Under the pieces are notes generated by a model. The model searched no databases. It saw nothing but the letters and a program-made list of their open reading frames with translations, and was not told the DNA's origin. A program made the position numbers and the translations under genes. A stretch of 24,865 bases of DNA from contig JBFJHJ010000038.1 of NCBI GenBank assembly GCA_041613315.1, positions 1-24,865 on the forward strand, given 5' to 3'. The stretch is from Gemmatimonadales bacterium (GTDB lineage Bacteria > Gemmatimonadota > Gemmatimonadetes > Gemmatimonadales > GWC2-71-9). Shown here one piece after another: positions 1 to 11,506 of the stretch; position 1 is the first letter of the stretch, and each line of letters starts with the position of its first letter.

Positions 1-3
1 GCG

Positions 4-9
4 TAGATT
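4..9 (+). promoter_or_regulatory. Putative -10 element (TAGATT) of the met leader promoter
   Basis: TAnnnT hexamer about 20 nt upstream of the riboswitch aptamer. The -35 would lie outside the window. Confidence 0.4.
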
Positions 10-28
10 CCTCACCGACAATCGTGAT

Positions 29-76
29 CCGTGGTGATTTGCGCCTATTGCAGCCACGTTAAACAAGTCGCTAAAA
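29..76 (+). ncRNA. SAM-II (SAM_alpha-like) riboswitch aptamer
   Basis: CCGTGGTGATTTG...TTGCAGCCACGTTAAACAAGTCGCTAAAA matches the SAM-II consensus. P1 is CGTGG-TG (30-36) paired with CA-G-CCACG (51-58). Pseudoknot pairings are TTG(48-50)/CAA(64-66) and GCG(41-43)/CGC(69-71), with the conserved AUUU and CUAAA segments. It lies directly upstream of metH. Confidence 0.9.
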
Positions 77-81
77 CGCCC

Positions 82-110
82 GCCCCGGCGCCTCGCGACC
101 GGGGTTTTTT
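82..110 (+). terminator. Intrinsic terminator/attenuator in the metH leader
   Basis: CCCCGG(83-88)/CCGGGG(99-104) stem followed by T6 (105-110), between the aptamer and the metH start. Confidence 0.85.
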
Positions 111-155
111 CGTTTGACGTGAGGTGTGAGCGGTGAGCGGGCTAGGAGACGTGGT

Positions 156-3874
<3,719 letters not shown>

Positions 3875-3878
<4 letters not shown>

Positions 3879-5713
3879 GCGACCGGCTGCGCACGCTCAT
3901 TGCCGACCGCCGTATCCACGTCCTGGACGGCGCGATGGGCACGATGCTCTACACCAAGGGCGTTTTCGTCAACGTGTGCTACGACGAGTTGACCGTGTCG
4001 CAGCCGGCGCTGGTCCGGGAGGTGCACGAGGCCTACGTGCGCGCGGGGGCCGAAGGGATCGAGACCAACACGTTCGGGGCGAACCCGGTCAAGCTCTCGA
4101 GCTTCGGTCTCGACGCCCGCACCGAGGAGATCAACCGGCGCGCCGCGGAACTCGCCCGGGAGGTGGCGGGGGACCGGGTGGCCGTGTTGGGCGCGATCGG
4201 ACCGCTCGGGATCCGGATCGAGCCGTTCGGGCCGACCGCCCGCGCCGAGGCGATCGCGTACTTCACCCGGCAGGCCACGGGGCTCGCGGGTGGCGGGGTG
4301 GACGGGTTCATGCTGGAGACCTTCAGCGACGCCGAAGAACTGTGGGCCGCGCTCCTCGCCGTGCGGGCCGTGTCCGACCGACCGGTGATGGCCCAGGTCA
4401 CGATCACCGAGGACGGGAAGACGGCCTACGGCGCCGAGGTGGAACGGGTCACGGAGCAGATGACCGAGTGGGAAGCGGACGTGGTGGGCCTCAACTGCTC
4501 GGTCGGCCCCGCGTTCATGCTCGAGGCGCTGGAACGGATGGCGGCGGTCACCGACCGGCCACTCTCGGCCCAACCCAATGCCGGCATGCCGCGCGTCGTG
4601 GGCGACCGGAAGATCTACCTCTCGAGCCCGGAGTACATGGCGAATTACGCGCTTCGCATGATCGACGCCGGCGCGCGCTTCGTCGGGGGATGCTGCGGCA
4701 CGACGCCCGAGCACATCAAATGCATTCGCGATCTCGTGGCGACACGGGAGCCCCGGCAGGTCACGGCGGTGGTGGAGCGCACGCGGGTGCGGGCGGCCTC
4801 GGGTGTGCAGCCCACGCCACTGGCGGAGCGCTCGCGATGGGGCCGCAAGCTGGCGGCGGGCGAGTGGGTCACGAGCGTCGAGATTCTCCCTCCCAAGGGG
4901 GCGTCGGCGGAGAGCTTGGTGCGACAGGCGAGAGCGCTCGAGGCCGCCGGCGTGGATGCGGTGAGTTTGTTGGACGGCTCTCGGGCCCAGAGTCGCATGG
5001 GCGTGATCCCGGCGGCGATCCTCGTGCAACGCGATGCGGGGATCGAAACGATCGCGCACTACAGCTGCCGCGACCGTAACATGCTGGGGATGATCAGCGA
5101 TCTCCTGGGCGCCGCCGCGGCCGGGATTCGCAACCTCCTGATCGTGACCGGCGACCCGCCGCGCACGGGGCCCTACCCCGACTCGACGGCGGTGTTCGAT
5201 ATCGACTCGATCGGCCTGACCAACGTCGTCTACCGCCTGAATCACGGCGTGAACCCCGGCGGGGACGCCGTCGGCGACCCCACGCGCTACGTCATCGGTG
5301 TGGCGCTCAACTACGCGGCGGCGGACCCCGAACGGGAGCTGAGCCGCTTCCACTGGAAGGTGGACGCCGGCGCCGACTTCGCCGTGACCCAACCCGTGTT
5401 CGATCCCGAGCGGCTGGCGCGCTTCCTCGAACGGGTGTCGGATACCCGCATCCCGGTGATCGCCGGCATCTGGCCCCTGCTCTCACTCCGCAACGCCGAG
5501 TTCCTGGCGAACGAGGTGCCGGGGGTCCACGTGCCGCGACGGGTCATCGAGCGCATGCGCGCGGGACAGGCGCGGGGGGACGACGCTGCCCGAGCGGAGG
5601 GCATCGCCATGTCGCGGGAGATGCGCGATGCGATGGCGCCTCTGGTGCAGGGGATGCAGGTGAGCGCGCCGCTGGGGCACGTAGAGCTGGCGCTCGCGGT
5701 GGTGGGAGACTGA
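3875..5713 (+). CDS. yitJ: Bifunctional homocysteine S-methyltransferase / 5,10-methylenetetrahydrofolate reductase (YitJ type)
   Basis: N-terminal HMT domain (DGAMGT, GLNCSVG, GGCCGT) and C-terminal MTHFR domain ([30 protein letters not shown]). ATGA overlap with the metH stop. Confidence 0.93.
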
Positions 5714-5721
5714 CGGTTCGC

Positions 5722-6591
5722 CTATTCCACGATCTCGAGCACGTTCCGGTACCGCTCGTCCGGCCGCCGGTACCCCAGGTTGCTCACGTACACCTTGTCC
5801 ACCCCGAGCTCGCGCAGGGCGCGGATCGTCCGCGCACAGATCTCCTCGCTCGACGCCCCCGCCTCGAATTCCCGCGTGAGCGCCTCGGCGGGAACGGGGA
5901 AGAAACGGTGCAGGCTCGCGAGCGTTCCCGGCGTGGCCGACCGGTAGTAAAACACGCCGAACACACCGGGGTACGGCACGCCGCGGCGCCTCGCCTCCCG
6001 GAGAAAGCCCTCCACTTCCCGCAGGCTGTGGTGCGAGACGACCTGTGTCAGGTAGAACTCGGCGGTGAACCCGTCGCGCAGCAGATAGTCCACCTGCCGC
6101 ACCGGATCGCGATGCGGGTTCGCCCACCCGCCCAGCCCGAGCGCCGGGACGCGCTCGCGGATCAGCTCCCGCAACACGTACGCGAACTCGACGCAGCGGG
6201 GAGGTCCCACCGAACGGTCGCCGCCCAGGACCGTGAGAGCCTCGAACCCGTGCGAGGCCGCCCGGGCCGCGTACAGGAGGCAGTACTCCAACGTGTGCTT
6301 GGCCGTGAGAAACGGCACGACCCGCGCGGGGTCCACCTCGCCCGCCAGGTTCGCGGTGAGGTGCCAGAGGTTCTCCTCTTCGGACTGGCCCACGGCATTG
6401 TCCGTGAGGAAGACCACCGTATCGGACCGGATCAGCCGGCGGATCGCATGGTACGTGTCGATCCAGGTGTCCATGCTCTCGCTCGCCCGGAGTCCCGTGC
6501 GGGGCGGACGCAGCTCCACCGCCACGAGCGGACGCGGTGCCCGCAGGCGATCGAGCAATCCGGACTGGCGCAGACTCCCGAGATTCACCAT
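5722..6591 (-). CDS. Divergent MTHFR-fold (FAD-linked oxidoreductase-like) protein, 289 aa
   Basis: Ordered MetF-like motifs VELRPPR, FLTDN, FLTAKH, VLGGD, WANP, LTQVV and PGVFGV. ATG at 6591 follows a plausible promoter. It is adjacent to the met genes. Confidence 0.7.
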   Translation of the reverse strand: MVNLGSLRQSGLLDRLRAPRPLVAVELRPPRTGLRASESMDTWIDTYHAIRRLIRSDTVVFLTDNAVGQSEEENLWHLTANLAGEVDPARVVPFLTAKHTLEYCLLYAARAASHGFEALTVLGGDRSVGPPRCVEFAYVLRELIRERVPALGLGGWANPHRDPVRQVDYLLRDGFTAEFYLTQVVSHHSLREVEGFLREARRRGVPYPGVFGVFYYRSATPGTLASLHRFFPVPAEALTREFEAGASSEEICARTIRALRELGVDKVYVSNLGYRRPDERYRNVLEIVE

Positions 6592-6595
6592 TAGT

Positions 6596-6631
6596 GTTGC
6601 GCAACCTACTGAGTGCGTGAATTGGCGTCCA
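6596..6631 (-). promoter_or_regulatory. Putative sigma70 promoter of the MTHFR-like gene with an overlapping palindrome
   Basis: Minus-strand TGGACG(6631-6626)-17 nt-TAGGTT(6608-6603). A perfect palindrome GTTGCGCAAC lies at 6596-6605. Confidence 0.5.
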
Positions 6632-6689
6632 CTGAACTTGACCGCTGCGCGATGATCTTGGGGAGACCCCGGCGGCTCGGGAGCGCACC

Positions 6690-7616
6690 GTGCTGACGCC
6701 GCCACGCGGCGACTGGCGGCGGCGCCCTGGGATCGTGCTGGCGGCGGGGATCGCGCTCATCGCCGCCATCGGGGGCCTCGACCTGGCGACCGGCGTCGAG
6801 CTCTCCTTCTCGGTCTTCTACCTGGCACCGGTGGGCGTCGTGGCCTGGGTCGCCGGCCGGGGCGCCGGCGTGGCGCTGTCCCTCCTCGGCGCCGCTGTCT
6901 GGATGCTTGCGGACCGGGCGGGCGGCCACAGCTACACGGCCGCGTGGATTCCGTTCTGGAACGCGGGCGTCCGGCTGGCGTTCTTCGTGATCGTCACCGA
7001 CCTCCTCGCCCGCCTGCGGGACGCGCTCGATCGACAGCAGCAGTTCGCCACGACCGACTATCTCACCGGCGCGGCGAACCTCCGCGCCATCTTGGCGGCC
7101 GCCGACGCGGAGTTGCAGCGGCTGCGCCGCTACGGCCGCCCCCTCACGATCGCCTACACCGACCTGGACAACTTCAAGGAGGTGAACGACCGAGACGGAC
7201 ACGCGGCGGGCGATGCGCTCTTGCGGCTGGTCGCTCGCACGATCCGGGCGAACGTGCGAGCCGTGGACACCCTGGCTCGACTCGGGGGCGACGAGTTCGC
7301 CGTTCTGCTGCCCGAGACCGACGCCGACGCGGCACGAGCCGTATTCGACAAGGTGCACCGGCTGCTGACGATCGAAGCCCGCGAGTGGGGATACCCCGTC
7401 ACGTTCAGCACGGGGGTGGTGACGTGCTTCCGTGCCCCCTCGTCGGTGGACGAACTGATGCGCCTGCCGGACAAACTCATGTACCGGGTCAAGCAGAGTG
7501 CCAAGAACGCCGTGCGCTACGAGACCTTCGGTGCGGAACGGCCCGACGCCCGGGACGAGCGGTACCCGGAGTCCGTTCCCGACCGCGCCCGGAGGCCGCC
7601 GGCGCCCGACGCGTGA
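6690..7616 (+). CDS. Membrane-anchored diguanylate cyclase (GGDEF)
   Basis: About four N-terminal hydrophobic helices, then DYLTG, DLDNFKEVND, GHAAGD and an intact RLGGDEF with an RxxD I-site (RAVD). GGGAG lies upstream of the GTG start. Confidence 0.92.
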   Translation: MLTPPRGDWRRRPGIVLAAGIALIAAIGGLDLATGVELSFSVFYLAPVGVVAWVAGRGAGVALSLLGAAVWMLADRAGGHSYTAAWIPFWNAGVRLAFFVIVTDLLARLRDALDRQQQFATTDYLTGAANLRAILAAADAELQRLRRYGRPLTIAYTDLDNFKEVNDRDGHAAGDALLRLVARTIRANVRAVDTLARLGGDEFAVLLPETDADAARAVFDKVHRLLTIEAREWGYPVTFSTGVVTCFRAPSSVDELMRLPDKLMYRVKQSAKNAVRYETFGAERPDARDERYPESVPDRARRPPAPDA

Positions 7617-8458
7617 ACCAGCGCCGCGGAGCCACAGTCCTGATCACCGGGGCGTCGAAGGGCATCGGTGAGGCCGCCGCCCTCCACCTCGCCGAACAGG
7701 GGTTCCGCGTCTTCGCCGGCGTCCGCGCCGAGGCCGACGCCACCGCCTTACGCACGAAAGGGCCCGAGCGGCTCACCCCCGTCCCGCTAGACGTAACCGA
7801 CGCCGCGTCCATTGCCGCGGCGGTCCGGACGCTCGAGGAGCGCTCGCCAGCCGGCCTACACGGGCTCGTCAACAACGCGGGTATCGTCATGGCAGCGCCG
7901 CTCGAGTTTCTCCCGCTCGAGCAGTTTCGCCGCCAGCTCGAGGTCAACGTGGTCGGGGTCCTCGCGGTGACGCAGGCCGCGCTGCCGCTGCTCCGGGTCG
8001 GCCAGGGACGCATCGTGAACGTGAGCTCGATCAACGGCCGAATGGCCACCCCGTTCGCCGGCGCGTATGCGGCGTCCAAGTTCGCACTCGAGGCGCTGAG
8101 CGACGCCCTGCGCATGGAGCTTCGCCGCTGGCACATCGGGGTGTCGGTCATCCAACCGGGCGCGGTCCAGACCCCGATCTGGGCGACGTCCACCACACGC
8201 GCGCTGGCGATCGCGCAGGCGATGCCGCCGCGCGCGAAGGAGCTCTACGGCGGGATCTTCCGCATGATGGCCGAGCGGGCCGGAGAACCCCCGAAGCGGG
8301 CCATCCCGCCGCTCAGGGTCGCCCGGACGATCGCCCGGGCCCTCACGGCCCGACGCCCCAAGACCCGTTACCTCGTCGGGAACGATGCGCGGCTGGGGGC
8401 CCTGCTCGTCGCCCTCCTCCCGGACCGGGTTCGGGACCGGATCCTGACGGGTCGCTGA
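7613..8458 (+). CDS. Short-chain dehydrogenase/reductase (classical SDR)
   Basis: TGASKGIG, NNAG and catalytic S...YAASK. GTGA overlap with the cyclase stop; the upstream extension in the ORF track is spurious. Confidence 0.92.
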   Translation: MNQRRGATVLITGASKGIGEAAALHLAEQGFRVFAGVRAEADATALRTKGPERLTPVPLDVTDAASIAAAVRTLEERSPAGLHGLVNNAGIVMAAPLEFLPLEQFRRQLEVNVVGVLAVTQAALPLLRVGQGRIVNVSSINGRMATPFAGAYAASKFALEALSDALRMELRRWHIGVSVIQPGAVQTPIWATSTTRALAIAQAMPPRAKELYGGIFRMMAERAGEPPKRAIPPLRVARTIARALTARRPKTRYLVGNDARLGALLVALLPDRVRDRILTGR

Positions 8459-8569
8459 CGGGGGGTGCCCGTTCTGGCCCGCGACGTGTTACCGTTCCCC
8501 TCACGGGACGGTCGGTTTGAACGGAGCCCGCCGCCACGTCGGCGCGGGCGAGTGAAGGAGGTAACGACC

Positions 8570-9073
8570 ATGCGCGTCCGTTGGATCGCGGCCAGCCTCG
8601 GGACGTTGGCGCTCGCCGGCTGTGCCGAATCGACCGACGTCGAGTGGCCAACGCTGCCTGCCGGCCTCTCGGCCGCGGGATTCACCGTGATCGAACAAGT
8701 CCACACGACGTTTTCGAGCGGCATTCAGGAGAAGCGCCGCCAGGTGATCCGCGACGAGGCGGCGTGGACGGCATTCTGGGACGCGTTCGTGGGCCCGGTC
8801 ACGCCAAGGCCGGATCCGCCGGCGGTCGACTTCGGCCAGTCGATGGTCATCGTCGCCGCGATGGGCCAGCGGCCGACCGGGGGATACGCGATCTCCATCG
8901 AAGAGGTGTTCCTGGGGGACGGACTCGTCGTGGCTCGTGTGCTCGAGCAATCTCCCGGGGCTAACTGCCTAACGACGCAGGCCCTCACGGCACCGGTCAC
9001 GGCGGTCATCGTGCCGCGAGTGGAGGGCGAAGTTCGGTTCCAGGAGGCGGCGCGGGCCGTTACGTGCGGCTGA
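8570..9073 (+). CDS. PrcB C-terminal domain lipoprotein (protease complex subunit PrcB family)
   Basis: AAGGAGGT RBS, signal peptide with LAGC lipobox, and family-like motifs VDF...MGQRPTGGYAISI...PG..C.TTQALTAP. Confidence 0.8.
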   Translation: MRVRWIAASLGTLALAGCAESTDVEWPTLPAGLSAAGFTVIEQVHTTFSSGIQEKRRQVIRDEAAWTAFWDAFVGPVTPRPDPPAVDFGQSMVIVAAMGQRPTGGYAISIEEVFLGDGLVVARVLEQSPGANCLTTQALTAPVTAVIVPRVEGEVRFQEAARAVTCG

Positions 9074-9104
9074 GCCCAGGGCCGACGCGGACACACAGGT
9101 CACG

Positions 9105-9135
9105 GGGGCTCGGACAGACCGAGCCCCTCGTTCGT
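9105..9135 (+). terminator. Probable terminator hairpin after the lipoprotein gene
   Basis: Perfect 9-bp stem GGGGCTCGG(9105-9113)/CCGAGCCCC(9119-9127) with a weak T-tract (TCGTTCGT). Confidence 0.55.
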
Positions 9136-9140
9136 CGCCC

Positions 9141-9170
9141 TTGACTTTGCATTACAAAGTACTTTATCTT
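9141..9170 (+). promoter_or_regulatory. Sigma70 promoter with an overlapping palindromic operator
   Basis: TTGACT(9141-9146)-18 nt-TATCTT(9165-9170). Inverted repeat ACTTTG-N5-CAAAGT at 9144-9160, inside an AT-rich patch in GC-rich DNA. Confidence 0.75.
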
Positions 9171-9208
9171 GGCGGTCATCCAACCGTCCCCTGGTGGAGG
9201 CCGCCGCC

Positions 9209-9898
9209 ATGGACTTTCCCTACGCTGTTCCGCTCCAGCTCCTGACGGGCCTGGTCGCCGTGACCCTCGCCGGCATCATCGTCCACGCGCTGGCGAAGGG
9301 CCGGCCCCGCCGGGCTCGGCGGGCCGGCTGGGTCGCCGGCGCGTGGGGCGCCGCCTACCTCGCGACCGTCCTCGCGTTCTCGATCGCCAGCACCGAGCGG
9401 GTGCTCGACCTGCATCAGCCGAAGCGGTTCTGCGGCTTCTACCTCGACTGTCACGCCATGGTCGAAGTCGTGGATGTCCGAACCGCTCCGGTCCTGGGCG
9501 CCGGCCCCGACAGCGTGGGCGCGGAGGGACGCTTCTACATCGTGACGGTGCGCCGGAGCAGCGACGCCGGCCGCGTCCCGATCGGCATCGCCCACCCCAT
9601 CGCCACGGTGGCGGACGGCGTCGGGCGGCACTTCCGGCCCTCGGCCGCCGGTCAGGAGGCGCTGGTCCGCCTCGAAGGCGACCAGCCGCCCCTGGGACGG
9701 GCCATCCTGGCAGGGCAAGCGTATACGACCAAGCTCGTCTTCGATCTCCCGGCCGACCTCAGGGACCCGAAGCTACACATCGCGGAAGGCGACTGGCTCG
9801 CGAAGCTGTCCGAGCTGCTCCTCATCGGCGACGAGGACAGCCTCCTCCACAAGCGAACGGTCTTTCGCATCGCACCACCCCCGAACGTGACCGGCTGA
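9209..9898 (+). CDS. Hypothetical membrane protein with a DUF4352-like extracytoplasmic domain
   Basis: GGAGG RBS and two N-terminal TM helices. The pattern FYIVTVR...DGVGRHF...GQAYTTKLVFDLP resembles the DUF4352 beta-sandwich. Confidence 0.65.
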   Translation: MDFPYAVPLQLLTGLVAVTLAGIIVHALAKGRPRRARRAGWVAGAWGAAYLATVLAFSIASTERVLDLHQPKRFCGFYLDCHAMVEVVDVRTAPVLGAGPDSVGAEGRFYIVTVRRSSDAGRVPIGIAHPIATVADGVGRHFRPSAAGQEALVRLEGDQPPLGRAILAGQAYTTKLVFDLPADLRDPKLHIAEGDWLAKLSELLLIGDEDSLLHKRTVFRIAPPPNVTG

Positions 9899-9917
9899 GA
9901 CGCGCCGGAGTCCTCCC

Positions 9918-11420
9918 ATGGCGCTGCCCACCCGCACCGCGCTCGTCGTCTTGCTCGGCGGAGCGTCCTTAGGGATCGTCGGGGACGCCTTCCTCCGGCG
10001 CCTCCCGTGGGGGCTCAACTTCCCCCTGTGGGTTCTCCTCCTCGCCGGCCTCGCTTGGGTAACCCTCCGCGCCGTGCGGCACCACCCCCCGGAGCGGCCC
10101 GCAGCACTCGCGCTCGGCCTCGCCGTGCTCTTCGCCGCGGGCTTTGCCGTGCGCGACTCCTGGTTCCTGCGCGCGTGGGATGTGCTGGCGGTGCTCGCCG
10201 CTCTGTCCATCGCCGTGCTGGCGACGCAGGGCACGCGCCTCGCCACCGGAAGGATCCGGGACTACGCCGGTGGCGCGGCGCTGGCCGGGATGGGCCTCGC
10301 CGTCGGTGCCGTGCCGTTGCTCGCGACCGACACCCCGTGGGCGGAGATCACCGGTAACGGGAGGCGGCGCCGGATGGGGTCACTGCTCGTGGGTTCGATC
10401 CTCGCGATTCCCGTGGCCCTCGTCTTCGGCGGGCTGTTCGCGTCCGCCGACCCCGTGTTCGAAACTGTCGTTGAGAGCCTCTTCCATTGGACCGCGGACA
10501 CGATGGTATCCCATCTGTTCGTGGTCGGAGTCTGCACGTGGGTCGCCGCCGGCTACCTCCGGGGGCTCATCGTACGCGCTCGGATGCCGTCGAGCGACTC
10601 CTCGGCGTCCCGGGCATTCGGCATGCTCGAGCTGGGGATCCCGCTCGGGCTGCTGCTGTTCCTCCTCGTCGTGTTCGTCGCGATTCAGGTTGGGTACTTG
10701 TTTGGCGGCAACGAGTTCGTGCAGCAGGCGACGGGACCGAGCTACGCCACGTACGCACGGCGGGGCTTTTTCGAGCTCGTCGCCGCGTCAACCCTGGTGC
10801 TGCCGATCCTGCTCGGGGCGTGGTGGGCGCTGGACGCCGAACGCCCCGGCGCGATGCAGAGCTTCCGCGCGCTCGCGGTAGCCATCCTCGTGCTCGTCGG
10901 CATGGTGATGATCTCGGCCCTGACCCGGATGCGCCTCTACGTGATCGCCTACGGCCTCACGGAGGACCGGCTCTACGCCACGGCGTTCATGCTGTGGATC
11001 GGCTTCGTGCTCGGATGGTTCGGGTGGACGGTCCTGCGGGCGCGCCCCGCGCCGTTCGCCTTCGGAAGCGTCGTGAGCGGTTTCCTGGTACTCGCGGGAC
11101 TCAACATCGTGAATCCGGACGCCCTCATCGTGCGGACGAACATGGAGCGAGCCGCGGCGGGGATGGCCTTCGATGTGGCGTATATCGACGGGCTGAGCGC
11201 CGACGCCGCACCCGCGCTTCTCTCGAGATGGCCCGCGTTGACCGAATCGGACCGGTGCCGTCTGCGCCAAGGCTTCCTCGCTCGTGAGGTGCGCGCCGAC
11301 GGTGACTGGCGGAGTTGGAACATCGCGCGCTGGCGAGCCCGACGCGAGATGGAACGGAGCGGGGTGACCCCGGGCGAAGCGGTGGCCTGCGCGACGGCCT
11401 CACCACCGCCCACGGACTGA
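9918..11420 (+). CDS. DUF4153/DUF4173 family multi-pass membrane protein
   Basis: Many TM helices and family motifs LFASADPVF, YARRGFFEL, RMRLYVIAYGLTEDRL, LSADAAP and DWRSWN. Confidence 0.85.
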   Translation: MALPTRTALVVLLGGASLGIVGDAFLRRLPWGLNFPLWVLLLAGLAWVTLRAVRHHPPERPAALALGLAVLFAAGFAVRDSWFLRAWDVLAVLAALSIAVLATQGTRLATGRIRDYAGGAALAGMGLAVGAVPLLATDTPWAEITGNGRRRRMGSLLVGSILAIPVALVFGGLFASADPVFETVVESLFHWTADTMVSHLFVVGVCTWVAAGYLRGLIVRARMPSSDSSASRAFGMLELGIPLGLLLFLLVVFVAIQVGYLFGGNEFVQQATGPSYATYARRGFFELVAASTLVLPILLGAWWALDAERPGAMQSFRALAVAILVLVGMVMISALTRMRLYVIAYGLTEDRLYATAFMLWIGFVLGWFGWTVLRARPAPFAFGSVVSGFLVLAGLNIVNPDALIVRTNMERAAAGMAFDVAYIDGLSADAAPALLSRWPALTESDRCRLRQGFLAREVRADGDWRSWNIARWRARREMERSGVTPGEAVACATASPPPTD

Positions 11421-11506
11421 CGGGTCGGACGCGACCGCGGCGCGAATCGCGCGGCGGCCGACGGCGGGTTACCGAGCGCCTCCACGCACGGAGAACGGGA
11501 AGACAC

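Noticed and set aside
6944..7612. Apparent 223-aa N-terminal extension of the SDR
   Set aside because: It overlaps the GGDEF gene out of frame. The SDR begins at the GTGA junction.
11421..11506. GC-rich hairpin between the convergent DUF4153 and DUF58 genes
   Set aside because: The stem is imperfect with no T-tract on either strand, and is not distinguishable from chance in GC-rich DNA.
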